Of a stretch of 64,000 nt of DNA, positions 27,531 through 43,651 are shown one piece after another. The DNA comes from Eledone cirrhosa. Lineage: Eukaryota. Numbering within the stretch: position 1 is the stretch's first letter; each line of letters starts with the position of its first letter. Where the stretch lies: positions 370,016,001-370,080,000 of the forward strand of contig OZ024741.1 in the NCBI GenBank assembly GCA_964016885.1. Reading direction: 5' to 3'. The notes below the pieces were generated by a model. It was not told where the DNA came from, ran no database searches, and saw nothing but the letters and a program-made list of their open reading frames with translations. Made by a program: the position numbers and the translations under genes.

Positions 27531-27681
27531 CGCATATATATATATATATACGCATATATATATATATATATATATATGTGTGTATATATATATATATATG
27601 CGTATATACATATATATATATATGCGTATATACATATATATATGTATATATATATGTATATACGCATATATATATATATAT

Positions 27682-27759
<78 letters not shown>

Positions 27760-27786
27760 GCGTATATATATATATATATACATATA

Positions 27787-28008
27787 TATCGACAGTCGAT
27801 CGACTTTCGTCAAATCGGACCGAGGAAACAATGTTTCCGTTGGTCTTTCCAGTTGCTAATACTATCTATCGGTCGCAACTCCAGGTAGAAGGAGCAACGC
27901 GAAATAAAGTGTCTTGCTCAAGGTCATAATGTATCGCCCGGTCCGGGAATCGAACTCACAACCTCACGATTGTGAACCCAATTCTCTAACCACTCAGCCA
28001 CGCGCCTC
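27787..28008 (-). mobile_element. tRNA-derived SINE
   Basis: Reverse-complement homolog of 8642-8862. Confidence 0.8.
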
Positions 28009-28151
28009 CACACACACACACACACACGCACACACACACGAGCGCGCGCGCGCGCACACACACATATATATATATATATACATATATACCATATATACAT
28101 ATATACATATATAGATATAGCTATATATACTTAAAATAAATACTGAACTTC

Positions 28152-28189
<38 letters not shown>

Positions 28190-28313
28190 AGTGTGTGTTG
28201 TATGTGTGTGTATGCATGTTTGCATATATATATAAAGGTATTTATATATAGTGGTACCACTACAGGAATTGAATAATCAAAACCTTAGCTGTATGTCGCA
28301 TATCAAATCTCTC

Positions 28314-28382
28314 ATATATTTTATCTGATGAAAACGTGCTGAAACACCATTGTACCTTTGAAATATGTATAATAAAATATAT
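28314..28382 (+). ncRNA. Type I hammerhead motif in a short (TA)n-flanked pLTR-like insert
   Basis: atatattttat-CTGATGA-...-GAAA-TATGTA-TA-ataaaatatat; 11-bp stem I, weak stem II. Confidence 0.75.
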
Positions 28383-28518
28383 ATTTTGGTTATGAGAATA
28401 TTTTTCATTTATTAGTATTTTGAATAATATTGATTACTTCAGATAAAACTGTCGAGTGCTTCTAATCCATTGTAAAATTGTATTCGTTGAATAATAAACG
28501 GATCATATAAACTTTTGG

Positions 28519-28574
<56 letters not shown>

Positions 28575-28593
28575 TAGAGTGCTTAAATTATTT

Positions 28594-28710
28594 GTTCAAA
28601 TCCCGCCGAGGTTGACTTTGCCTTTCATCCTTACGGGGTCGATAAAATAAAGTACCAGTAATGCACTGGATAATTGCTGGACTTGTGCCTAAAGAAGAAA
28701 CAATTATTTG
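28594..28710 (+). mobile_element. 5'-truncated MetaSINE-like copy
   Basis: Consensus match from the B box to the tail. Confidence 0.8.
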
Positions 28711-29067
28711 TGACTAATCCCGGTATTTAAAAAAAAAAAACCGCGATAATATTGCTTTTTTATGAACTCCTTATTGTAGAGTTTTTTTCGGAATGTTTTT
28801 GACTGTTATTTCATGTAAACAAACATTCGTCTCATTCTGACGTCACCAGCCCTGTTTTTCCACATGTGCGTTTTATTTTCATAATCACGGATGATGTAAA
28901 ACTAGCCTGCTTTTAAATTCCCTTTTTGGCATATTAATCAGTGAGAATTTGGCTATCGTCTTGAGCTCTGCTAATGATCGCATTCCAACCGTGACCATCT
29001 CCACTGAAAGTTTTCGTGAAATAGTCTTTTTCAAGACTATATAGAGCATTTGTAGTTGTCCCAAATT

Positions 29068-29228
29068 GAAGGATGAGTATTTTAAACTTTATTTTATCAC
29101 GAGTTAAGGCTCTATTGATTAGAAGGATGAGTATTTTAAACTTTATTTTATCATGAGTTAAGGCTCTATTGATTAGAAGGATGAGTATTTTAAACTTTAT
29201 TTTATCATGAGTTAAGGCTCCATTGATT
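29068..29228. repeat. 54-bp tandem repeat x3
   Basis: gaaggatgagtattttaaactttattttatca(c/t)gagttaaggctctattgatta. Confidence 0.9.
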
Positions 29229-29405
29229 TTTCCCTGGATTTCACTAAATTCTGTTGGATAAATCTATATCCTGATTCTTTTTGAATTGAGTTTGAATTAT
29301 TTTTTCCCACATCTTACGTTAACTATTTTCCCAATTTGACGCTATAGTCACTTATATATTATGGAATACTGTTGGCTTCTTGCTACAATACTTTCTATAC
29401 CTTTC

Positions 29406-29495
<90 letters not shown>

Positions 29496-29584
29496 TATAT
29501 ATATATATATCTGTGTGTGTGTATATAAAAGTAAAAAACAAAATCAATAACAATGAGTGCAGTCGAACAGTGTTGGTATTAGGT

Positions 29585-29653
<69 letters not shown>

Positions 29654-29965
29654 TCTCTCTCTCTTCCCCCCCCCCCCGTCAAACTTGGGCGAAATTCTTT
29701 CCTTGCTCACATTTCAACCAGGTTTGATGGTCTTTCGTCTCTTGTTCACGATTTCACAGAGTTTATATTCATAGAGATCTGGGACTTGTCTATTTCTACT
29801 CACTTTCCGTTGCTTAAACCTTTTTGTTGTTACTCTAGCGTCCCCCTTTATTTACGTGTCCCAACGACTTTTTTTAGCCGTTGTTCGCACCAACCTGAGG
29901 CATATGGCCCTTAAAGCGATGAAATGCCGAGGACGGTTGGAGGGTCACTGATGAAGGACTCACTT

Positions 29966-30019
<54 letters not shown>

Positions 30020-30100
30020 GTTAAACAAGGTTCAATGAATAAATCAGAGAATGTGTTTTACAATAGATTGGAAGCACTCAACAGTATGGTTTTCCGGAGT

Positions 30101-30393
30101 TATTAATATTCAAAATATTAACAAAAATAGATATTCGTGTGATCAAGTATATTTTATTATACATATTTCAGAGGTACTGAGCTATCTTCAACAGTACGTC
30201 CTCATCAGATAAAATAAGATGATGCATGACATACCCTGACATAGTAGATGGTTAAGATTCAGTGATGGTAGTGAATATGATATGACAAGAGTCTTGTCAT
30301 ATGTTGAAGATAGCTCAGTACCTCTGAAATATGTATAATAAAATATACTTGATCACACGAATATCTATTTTTGTTAATATTTTGAATTAATAT
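30101..30393 (-). mobile_element. Fold-back pLTR element with hammerhead at 30150-30216(-)
   Basis: Arms 30101-30193 and 30302-30393 are inverted. Motif tattttat-CTGATGA-GGACGTACTG..CAGTACCTCT-GAAA-TATGTA-TA-ataaaata. Confidence 0.85.
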
Positions 30394-30467
30394 ATATATA
30401 TATATATTGTGTTACACATTCCTCTATTTCTCTTTCAATTTTGCCAGTTTCCCTACATATATCTACC

Positions 30468-30939
30468 TCCACCACCACCACCACCACTACCACTACCACC
30501 ACTACCACCACCACCACCACCACCACCACCACCACCACCACCACCACCATCAACGCCACCACCACCACCACCACCACCATCACCGCCACCACCACCACCA
30601 CCACTACCACTACCACCACTACCACCACCACCACCACCACCACCACAACCACCACCACCACCACCACCACCACCGCCACCACCACCACCACCACCACCAC
30701 CACCACCACCACCACCACCACCACCACCACCACCACCACCACCACCACCACCCTCCACCGGCTAATACATGCCCCTCACTCTCTCTAGCTCCCCCCTCTG
30801 TCTCTTTTTCCTACCTCTCTCTCTCTCTTTCTCCCACCTCACTCTCTCTCTTTCTCTCTTTCTTCTCTCTGTCTCTGCCTGTCGCTCTCTCTCCCAGCTC
30901 TCTCTCTCACGCTTGCTCTCTCTCCGATTTCTTTCTCTC

Positions 30940-30980
<41 letters not shown>

Positions 30981-32270
30981 GTCGCCCTCTCTCCCACCTC
31001 TCTCTCTTCTCTCTCTCTCTCCCTCCCCACATCTCTCTCCCTCCCCACATCTCTCTCTCTCTCTCTTTCTCTCTCTCTTATAAATTATTTCAGACATCAT
31101 ACCCTCCCACCTCCTCTATTGTAACTACCTACCTGCATCCTTTCTCCTCCTCTCACTGTCACTATTGTTGATGGTTATAACCCCATTCTCCGCCATCTTT
31201 CTTTACACTATTTACAACTCACTTCCTCTTGTCCCAGCCATAGATCCCCCCCCTCCTCACCCCGCTAAAAAAACGAAGAGAAAACAAACCAAAACTTTGC
31301 TAATACCATTATCATGATGACATCGGTGGTGACGATGACAACACCACCACCACCACCATCACCTCCACCGCCACCAGCAACAACACCAGCACCATCAATA
31401 CCCCCCCCCCCCCACCAGCAACAACACCACCACCATCAATACCACCATCACCATCACCACCACCACCAGCAACAACACCACCACCACCACCACAATCACC
31501 CCCACCACCAACAACACCACCACCACCAACAACAACACCACCACCACCATCACCACCACCACTTCCAGCAACAACAACATCAACACCACAACCACCATCA
31601 CCACCACCACCACCACCACCACCACCATCAACACCACCACCACCATCATCACCACCACCTCCAGCAACAACAACATCAACACCACCACCACCACCACCAC
31701 CACCATCACCACCACTGCCACCACTACCACTACCAACACCCACAGCAACAACAACAACAACCAGCACTACCACCACCACCACCACCACAACCACAACCAC
31801 CAACACCACAACCACTAACACCCACAACAACAACCAGCACTATCACCATGACCACTACCACTACCACCACAACCACCACCACCACCACCACCACCACCAC
31901 CACCTACCAACGCCCACAACAACAACAACCAGCACTATCACCATGACCACTACCACCACTACCACCACCACCACCACCACCACCACCACCTACCAACGCC
32001 CACAACATCAACCAGCACTATCACCATGACCACTACCACCACCACCACCACCACCACCTACCAACGCCCACAACAACAACCAGCACTATCACCATGACCA
32101 CTACCACTACCACCACCACCACCACCTACCAACGCCCACAACAACAACCAGCACTATCACCATGACCACTACCACTACCACCACCACCACCACCTACCAA
32201 CGCCCACAACAACAACCAGCACTATCACCACGACCACTAGCACCTACACCCACAACACCACCACACCAAA
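30468..32270. repeat. (CCA)n, (CT)n and (CCA/CAA)n low-complexity block with ~55-70 bp higher-order units at 31830-32230
   Basis: Direct reading. Confidence 0.95.
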
Positions 32271-32424
32271 CCAACATATCTGAACAATTTAGTGGGCGTT
32301 ACTGTCAATGTCCCCTAAAGAGTCCCTCTTTTGTGAAACATCTTAATAATAGGGGGTTGGGAATGGGGAACAACAAAGAGACAAAAATAAAGGGTCTGTT
32401 ATTTACCCTTCAGCCAGAGAATAG

Positions 32425-33790
32425 TTATAATAATTGTTTCTATATTTGGCACAAGGCCAGCAAATACCCCAGTGCATTACTGGTACTTTATTTTATCGAC
32501 TCCGTAAGGATGAAAATCAAAGTTAACCTCGGCGGGATTTGAACTCAGACCGTAAAGGGCCATAACTCTATGTTGCAAAGCATGGTGTCTGACGCTCTTC
32601 TAATACTGCCAAAGTAATACTAATTGTTTCTACTTTTGGCACAAGGCCAGCAATTACCCAGTGTATTACTGGTACTTTATTTTATCGACCCCGTAAGGAT
32701 GAAAGGCAAAGTTAACCTCGGTGGGATTTGAACTCAGAATGGCAAGGGCCGTAACTGCCAAAGTAATAATAATGTTTCCTGATTTAGGCTCAAGGCCAAT
32801 TATTTTAGGAGAAAGAAAGTCGATTAAATCGACCCCGATGTATTACTGGTACTTTATTTTATCGATCCCGTAAGGATGAAAGGCAAAGCTAGCATTAGCG
32901 GGATTTGAACTCAGAAAGTAAATGGACGTAACTATATGCCGCAAAGCAGGTTGTCAGACCCTCTACCAATACTGCCAATCCACCATCCTAATAATAATGA
33001 TTTCTTATATAGGCACAAGGCCAGTAATTTGGGGGGAGGGGCAAGTCGATTAAATCGACCCCAATACGTTACTGGTGCTTTATTTTATCGACCCCGTAAG
33101 GAGGAAAGGCAAAGTTGACTTCGGCGGGATTTGAACTTAGACCATAAAGGGACGTAACTCTATGCTGCAAAGCATGGTGTCTGACGCTCTACGGATACTG
33201 CCAATCCACCGCCCTCACCATCCTAATAATAATTGTTTCTACTTTAGGCACAAGACCAGCAATTTGAAGGATCAGGAAGTCGATTATATCGACCTCAGTG
33301 CATTACTGCTACTTTATTTTACCAACTCCCTAAGCAAAAGCTACAATACTTTTTCCCGATGCTCTAACGATTCTACCAATTCATCGCCCTTAGGGTTTCT
33401 AATTTTGGCATAAGGTCAGCTATATGTTAGGGAGGGATAGGTCGATAAAATCGATCTTGAGTTAAGTACTTGACTGGTATTTTTGTTTTATTAACTTCTG
33501 GAAGAATTAATGATAAAAGTGACTTCGGTGAAATTCGAGCTGCGACTGTAAAGAGCCAAAATATATACTGCAAGGTATTTTGTCTGACGTTCTAGCGCGT
33601 CTGCCAATCCAACCTCTTAATAATATTTTCTAACATAGGCACAGCAAATATTGGAGGAGATGTGTGAAACACTAGATTGATTAGATCGATCCCAGTATTT
33701 GTCTGGTGTTTTATTTTATTGCTCTCGTTAAAAAGAAAGACAACATTGACTATGACAGGATTTTAACTCAGGCCGCAAAGATTCGGAACC
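32425..33790 (-). mobile_element. Head-to-tail cluster of ~7 MetaSINE-like copies
   Basis: Repeated ggcacaaggccagcaa...tggtactttattttatcgaccccgtaaggatgaaaggcaaag...ctcggcgggatttgaactc. Confidence 0.85.
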
Positions 33791-34067
33791 TTTTTGACCC
33801 CCACTGCATTGCAACGGAGATACAAATATCACTTAAGTATTTCTGAGAAAATCCACTACAATATATCAGGTTGTAACAGCACTAGATACACCAATAACAT
33901 CAACAACAACAATCATTTTAATGTCATTTCCCCGCTAAAGCAAGGTTTAGCTTTGCGGGGTTTTATGACAGGCTTCATTTTCATAATGGGGTCCTTTTTT
34001 TAGGTAATGTTTTACAGCCTTTCTTGGCGTCAAACCTTTGTCGCTTCTTACGACACGCAGGGATAAA

Positions 34068-34270
34068 GTGTATCTATTTTAAACTGAATACAGTCAGGGA
34101 TACGATGTAGCTATTTTAAATCGGATACACTCAGTGATATGGTGTACCTATTTTAAATCGGATCCATATAGGGATACGGTGTACCTATTTTAAATTGGAT
34201 ACATACAGGGATACGGTGTATTTATTTTAAATCGGATACATACAGGGATATGGTGTATCTATTTTAAACC
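34068..34270. repeat. ~37-bp minisatellite x5
   Basis: cagggatacggtgtacctattttaaatcggatacata variants. Confidence 0.85.
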
Positions 34271-35078
34271 AAATAGAACATAACCACTGACAAAATATAC
34301 TTGGAGGTACGGCTTGTAAGAAATAGAAGCAAGATATCCCTCATATCACATACAACCATCCCAGAAAAGAGCACGTACTACAATGTGCTACTGCATTTTC
34401 TGCACATCAAAATGGTCGCTGGCGGAATGCCTTTGATCATGGCTTTGCTGGGTTAAGGTGGACCTAGGGCTAAACATCAACAACAGACGTTCTATGTTCA
34501 TTTATTGCACTAGAGTGAGAGGAAAGGGGAGAGTAAGGGTGTGGAGGAAGAGAGTAGTAAGAGATAGAAGAGAAGGGGGGGGGGTTAAGAAAAGTGAAAA
34601 AAAATGAGGTAGGGTAAGAGGTATGGGTGGAAGGGTAGGTTTAGAGATGTGAAGGGAAGGAGGAGAGTAAGCCATCGAGTAGGAATGAGGTGGAGTAAGA
34701 GGTATGGGCGGAGGGGAAGGTAAAAGACGTGGAAGAAAAGTGATGTAGGAAGAAGAGGGAAAGAAAACTGGCGTGGGAGGAAGGGGAAAGGTAAGAGATG
34801 TGGTAGGAATGGGGAGGAAAATAAGTTTTTGGTTATTTCTAATAGAAAATACAGATATGAGACATCGACCCGCACACCAACACACTCACACACAAAGTTA
34901 TATACGCACACATATATACACACACATACAAAAGCACATATAGATACACACAGAGAAAATAAACTTACACGCAAACACGCATATATACACATTTTCAAAG
35001 GCTCACATACACGCATTCACAAATATACCTCAATACACGTACACATATACCCACACATACAGGACACATACAGACACA

Positions 35079-35164
<86 letters not shown>

Positions 35165-35184
35165 CATATATATATGCATATATA

Positions 35185-35262
35185 CAGGGTGTCCCAAAAA
35201 ATGTATACACACTTCAACAGCATTCTAGTCAAAGTGTGTATACATTTTGGGGGGACACCCTG
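35185..35262. mobile_element. Tc1/mariner-type MITE
   Basis: TA-CAGGGTGTCCC...GGGACACCCTG-TA with ~28-bp TIRs. Decayed second copy at 48833-48920. Confidence 0.8.
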
Positions 35263-35305
35263 TATATATATATGTATATACACATACTAGAAATCTCTCT
35301 CCCCC

Positions 35306-35520
<215 letters not shown>

Positions 35521-36745
35521 ACACAACGCATATACAAGTGCTGTCTAAATATAATTACAATGTGTGTGCACTGGTTTTAACCTTTCAATATTTGCTGTTA
35601 TTATATATACGTTGTCGTTGCTGTTACTGCAGTTGTTGTTGTTGTAAACGATGTCGTTTGCATGCCATGTAAATATTTATTCTGATAAGAGGTCAATAAT
35701 GTGACATGTAATACAGAGGGAATTGGCCGTCTGTTTTATTCAAAACACTCAGTTAATAATCCTTCTGATCGCTTCCATCACTTTCATCCCTTTCATCACT
35801 TTCATCATTTCTCGTGTCTTCTTTTCATCATTATACCCCCCCCCCCCCTCCCTATACCTGTAGACGCAGCAAGGTTGGTTGGTTTTGAAGAGTTGCATAA
35901 CATTCATGAGGTTCTGAGTTCGGTTTCCATTGTAGGATTTCATTCCACAATATTTTCCTCATTCACCCAATATGCTACGACGATCCAGTCTTCTTCGAGA
36001 CTGTTAACATTTACACGTTAAGGTGTTTCGACGACAAAAGAGCTTCTTCTTCTTCTTCTTCTTCTTCTTACAGAAGCGGTTGTCCGTGAAATCAACGTGC
36101 AAGTGCTTCAGCATTCCACAAACATATGCAGCCCTTAATATAGTTCTCAGGAATATTCAGCATGACAGAGACTGTTAGAAGGCTGGCCCTTTCAATTACA
36201 GATGCAACTCTAAGCCAAGTACATTCACATACACTAAGTGTCGTAAATCCCAAGTCAAATAAGGCTTTTTAAGTTTAATATTTGGGCTGATTGATTGTAT
36301 AACTCATGCTGGTTCGTACTAAAATTAAGGTCTATACATATTTGAAATATAAAGTTAGAACCTAAACATCACCAGTTAAACTATGACTGATGGTTTCAAA
36401 TTCCGCCATAGTGTTGTAATCAAATTAATTATGAAAGAGTGGTATAGAATCATTTACAGGATGAAAGGTCTTTGATGATTTCAGGTTAAGCTCGTCTTTG
36501 GGAAGTTAAAATGTGTGGAAAAAGAGAAAAATGTATTTTTAAAGAATAGACACAAAATGAGAGACTAGGATCCATTTTCGTATATTTCCCCACACTTTGG
36601 GATTCTACACTCATTCTTGGACTTACAAAATTGGGTTTTACACTTATTCTTGCAATTCTTGAAGTATCGTATTGCTATGTTGAATTAAACTTGTCGCTTT
36701 TCTCATTCCTCCTCTCTCTAAAAAATCTCTATTCTCCCTGTCTAC

Positions 36746-36779
36746 CTTCTGACGAAGAATAAATGTCCGAAACGTCAAG
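36746..36779 (+). ncRNA. Minimal type I hammerhead motif
   Basis: ctt-CTGACGA-agaataaatgtcc-GAAA-CG-TC-aag; stem II is decayed. Confidence 0.7.
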
Positions 36780-36983
36780 TCTATTTTCTGACTTCTTTTA
36801 AGTAATATACTAATGTAATATTTAATGGTACTGATTGTTTTGTTTACATTCTCTCACTTGCATTATATAAACATTCCTTCTGTGGGATTGGCTGCCATTG
36901 CACTTGCTTGTGTTTGTGGATAAGATTGGATTGGGTTAGATTTGTTTATGTTCAAGTTATATTCAACTGATGATGCTAGTTAC

Positions 36984-37038
<55 letters not shown>

Positions 37039-37055
37039 CATATATATATACATAC

Positions 37056-37090
<35 letters not shown>

Positions 37091-37194
37091 CATATAAAAT
37101 TAATAAATCTAATCTACATTCGCACGTTAGAATCATCCACTGTAGAGATTACTCACAACCACTATTTGGATTACGTTATACGATACCTCGTTTA

Positions 37195-37241
<47 letters not shown>

Positions 37242-37292
37242 GTGAGGTTTTTTTTACAAAATGAAAAATAACCGAGGTGTCCTACACGAGTG

Positions 37293-39130
<1,838 letters not shown>

Positions 39131-39224
39131 TTTCAAATTATTATTTGCCCTATATAACATGATTTGTACAGAAATCATTAATCTTCTAAAGTCTTCATTT
39201 TTTCACTATATATATATATATATG

Positions 39225-40297
39225 TATTGTTATACTTGGGGAGGGTCATATTTGTGCAATATTGCCAGAATTAATAACAGAACACATTCACTGTTTGGTT
39301 GGTTTTTGCTTTTCGCTTCTATGTCTTTTATATCGGTAATCTAATTTATTCAGTCCTCAATGTTGCCATTGACAGACCAACGGTAAAAAATAATACAGAT
39401 ACAATATAGACACAAACACATATATATAGTTTATCAAAGTTCTTTCGTTGCACATCTGCAACATCGTCAGTGGTGCTATTGTTTCCTCTCGTTGCATTGT
39501 ACGCCATCTTTATTTAGTCTGTTTATATATTTATTTATTTGTTCGTACAGTACATGCCAGACAACAACAGAACGGTAACATAGACAACATAGACATTAGA
39601 ATAATATCTAAACATAGAAATAAACCAGCAGATAGGCAAATTAGAGAGGCCAGTGAAATAGAACTTAGAAGGCCAAGGCTAAACAGAAAGAATGAATGGA
39701 ATAACAACAACACCAAAACAAACAACACTGACCTAAGAGAAGTATAAATAAATAAATAGATAAATAAATAAATAAATACATACACAAGCACAATAACAAC
39801 AAACACATATAAACACACACTAGTAAAGATAGAATACATTAATCAATACACAGTCACCCAATCACGAACACACATCAGACAAAACACTATACACATACGC
39901 AAACGCATGCGCAAAGAAGACAAAATAAAATAAACAAATAAATAAATATATAAACAGACTAAATAAAGATGGCGTAGAAAATACAATGCAGCGGGAGGAA
40001 TCAATAACACCACTGACGATGTTGCAGATGTGCAACGAAAGAACTTTGATAAACTATATATATGTGTTTGTGTCTATATTGTATCTATATTATTTTTGAC
40101 TGTTGGTCGGTGAATGGCAACATTGAGGACCGAATAAATTAAATTAACCGATATAAAAGACACAGAAGCGAAAACCAACCAAACAGTGAGTGTGTTCTGT
40201 TATTAATTCTGGCAATATTACACAAATATGACCCTCCCCAAGTATAACAATATTTGTTTCGACACACGATTTCATATCAAAAACCTCGCAAAACTAA

Positions 40298-40300
<3 letters not shown>
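39225..40300. mobile_element. Nematis-like PLE 3' fragment with 5' inverted pLTR; HHRs at 39433-39474(-) and 40009-40050(+)
   Basis: 39225-39543 is inverted relative to ~39935-40252; 39548-40252 is homologous to 44500-45203. Motif CTGACGA-T-GTTGCA gatg TGCAAC-GAAA-GAAC-TT. Confidence 0.88.
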
Positions 40301-40375
<75 letters not shown>

Positions 40376-40514
40376 GATGTATGTATGTTTAATCGCGCGA
40401 TCGGGTGTCCAGCCCGACTATTTCTATGTCCCCGCGCATATACATACACATGCACCCATGTATATAAACATATACATATACATACATATGTACATGTGTA
40501 TATACATATTTACA

Positions 40515-40942
40515 CACTTTTGGATGGCCGTTGACTCTTATGGGTTCTTCCGCCCTTTGTCAAATTTTGTTTTTTTGTCCTGCAGGGTGTCCAAAATCAC
40601 CCTCCTCACCAAGTAAACTTGGTGGGGTTGCCGGTTAAACCACTGGGGGTGAAGGACCCTTTGTCAGGGCATTTTTCTAGGAGAAGGTAACTGGGGAAAC
40701 TGGGATAACTCCGATATAAAAACTGCGGCTCAGTAGTTACTGATGATGTTGATCTTTTCTTATTCTCGGGTTATAGCTAATGTCGCTCAGAGAGTGGGAT
40801 TGGCTCAGTGCACAGTCTTTCCTCACTTTAAAAAATATCTTCACGCACAATCATTGCACGATAGAATTAATTAATAATTATTAATAATGGTATATCGTGC
40901 AATGGCCATATTCGATAACGAGGGGGCAGCCATCATCATCAT
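40515..40942 (+). mobile_element. RTE-related non-autonomous element with an inverted 5' segment
   Basis: 40517-40637 is the reverse complement of 18630-18748, whereas 40640-40850 is collinear with 18749-18950. Confidence 0.7.
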
Positions 40943-41484
40943 GTATGTATGTATGTATGTATGTATGTATGTATGTATGTATGTATGTATGTATGTATGT
41001 ATGTATGTATACAGGCACAGACGGGGAAATAGGGTAAAATAGATGATCACATTATCTGGCATACAGTAAATAGGTAAAATGAAGAAGCAGGTATATTTAA
41101 ACAGATCCATTAACACCAGAGTGATACACTTGCTGACAGACACACAGAGTGACAAACAGAGACAGAGGCAGGCACAGAGCAACAGAGAGTCAGACACACA
41201 AACACACAGAGACAGAGCGAGAGAGAGGCTTAAGACATAGAGACAGATTGGCAGACTGAGTGACAAGATGACATCAGCTGAGAGAAAATGGAGGTTTATC
41301 AGTTGAGAAATTTCACGAGGTTCTACAGCAATAAATACTAAAACATGGCAGACTGGACTGTCACATGACACCTAGTAGATCACGTGGTGAGGGATGTCAG
41401 CTTCAGCATAGTGGCACGTGACCTCTGGAGATCAAATACTCCGACTCACACTCATACTTTTACTCTTACTGTATTAACGATGTT

Positions 41485-41938
41485 GAATGGTGATGGCGGT
41501 AGTGGTGGTGGTGGTCACGATGCGAGTGGTGATGATGGTGAGGATGATGTTTATGATGATGATGATGATGGTAGTGGTGGTGGTGGTGGTCACGATGGTG
41601 GTGGTCACGATGGTAGTGGTGATGATGGTGAGGATGATGTTTATGATGATGGTGACGGCGGTAGTGGTGGTGGTCACGATGGTAGTGGTGATGATGGTGA
41701 GGATGATGTTTATGATGATGATGATGATGATGGTAGTGGTGGTGGTGGTGGTCACGATGGTGGTGGTCACGATGGTAGTGGTGATGATGGTGAGGATGAT
41801 GTTTATGATGATGGTGACGGCGGTAGTGGTGGTGGTCACGATGGAAGTGGTGATGATGGTAGTGGTGATGATGGTGAGGATGATGTTTATGATGATGGTG
41901 ATGGTGGTTGTGGTGGTGGTGTTGGTGGTAGTGGTGGG
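41485..41938. repeat. (GAT/GGT)n low-complexity repeat with internal duplicated blocks
   Basis: Direct reading. Confidence 0.92.
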
Positions 41939-42366
41939 AGGAATAACATGAAACATAAATCAAGTATGCAAGCTAGGGTCTGCCATGACCTAAAGAGCCA
42001 CTATATATATATTAGAATCTATATTAAATGTGTGTATAAAATACCATAGTATTTAAACATTCTAACAGTAATTGAATACTTAGTACCTGTGGGTTCAGTG
42101 GGTATTTTAGAAAAGTAGTATTAGCATTAGTATGTATGTGTGTGTATATTTAAATATATATATGAAAAATATGGGGAGAAGAATACTGCATGGTTGCACA
42201 TGGATAACATGTTATAAAATGAGTCCCTCATCAGTGATTTGCCAACGGTCATTGGTATTTCATTGCATTAAAAATCATATACCTCACGTTGGTGCAATAA
42301 TAACTAAAATAAGTTATTAGGACAATTAAAACGCGTAAAGCGAGTGAGATATGAAGAAACACAAGC

Positions 42367-42420
<54 letters not shown>

Positions 42421-42423
<3 letters not shown>

Positions 42424-43111
42424 GGAGGGTCATATTTGTGTAATATTGCCAGAATTAATAACAGAACACACTCACTGTTTGGTTGGTTTTCGCTTCTGTG
42501 TCTTTTATATCAGTTAATTTAATTTATTCGGTCCTCAATGTTGCCATTCACCGACCAACGCTCAAAAATACAGATACAATATAGACACAAACACATATAT
42601 ATAGTCTAACAAAGCTCTTTCGTTGCACATCTGCAACATCGTCAGTGGTGCTATTGTTTCCTCCCGTTGCATTGTATGTCTACGCCATCTTTATTTAGTC
42701 TGTTTATATATTTATTTATTTGTTTATTTTTTTGTCTTCTTTGCGCATGTGTTTGCGTGTGTGTATAGTGTTTTGTTTGATGTGTGTTCGTGTTTGGGTG
42801 ACTGTGTATTGATTAATGTATTCTATCTTTACTAGAGTGTGTTTATATGTGTTTGTTGTTATTGTGCTTGTGTATGTATTTATTTATTTATCTATTTATT
42901 TATTTATTTATACTTCTCTTAGGTCAGTGTTGATTGATTGGGTGTTGTTATTCCATTCATTTTTTCTGTTTAGCCTTGGCCTTCTAAGTTCTATTTCACT
43001 GGCCTCTCTGATTTGCCTATCTCGTGGGTCATTTCTATGTTTAGATATTATTCTAATCTCTATGTTGTCTATGTTACCGTCATGTTGTTGTCTAGCATGT
43101 TCGCATAGTAC

Positions 43112-43112
<1 letters not shown>
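42421..43112 (-). mobile_element. Inverted copy of the Nematis-like PLE 3' end; HHR at 42608-42649(-)
   Basis: Reverse-complement homolog of 44487-45195. Confidence 0.88.
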
Positions 43113-43191
<79 letters not shown>

Positions 43192-43303
43192 TAAAAGGAA
43201 TTCCATCTTTGTCTGATTTACTCGTTTTATTTACAATCCTTTAAAATTTATAATGGTATTAGAATGAAATAGTATGGTAGAATATTAAATGTTAAGTGTT
43301 AAT

Positions 43304-43342
43304 TGAACAAGTACTTTCATGCTTTCGCAATCTTCAGGTTCA
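43304..43342 (-). ncRNA. Compact type I hammerhead in a ~200-bp (TA)n-flanked insert
   Basis: tgaac-CTGAAGA-T-TGC GAAA GCA-T-GAAA-GTAC-TT-gttca; perfect 5-bp stem I, palindromic stem III. Confidence 0.8.
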
Positions 43343-43383
43343 TATTCTGTGGTGACAGTCAAGTTTGCAATTTTCAACTGAGA

Positions 43384-43487
<104 letters not shown>

Positions 43488-43651
43488 AGTGTGTATGCGC
43501 GTATGTATGTCTGCAAAATTGCTTCTCACGTAATCCCATGATAAAGGTAAACCAACACTACAAACCAAACTATGACCGACCAGACGAAATACAAATTACT
43601 CAGTTTCAACTACCACGTCCCGACACAATTAATATATATATATATACATAC

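Noticed and set aside
29885-29970. CTGATGA and nearby hairpin
   Set aside because: No downstream GAAA/stem III before the (TA)n tract.
30374-32542. Poly-His/Pro/Thr/Gly ORFs
   Set aside because: (CCA)n and (CT)n artefacts.
41384-42049. Gly/Asp-rich 221-aa ORF
   Set aside because: Low-complexity (GAT/GGT)n open in multiple frames; cannot be supported as an exon.
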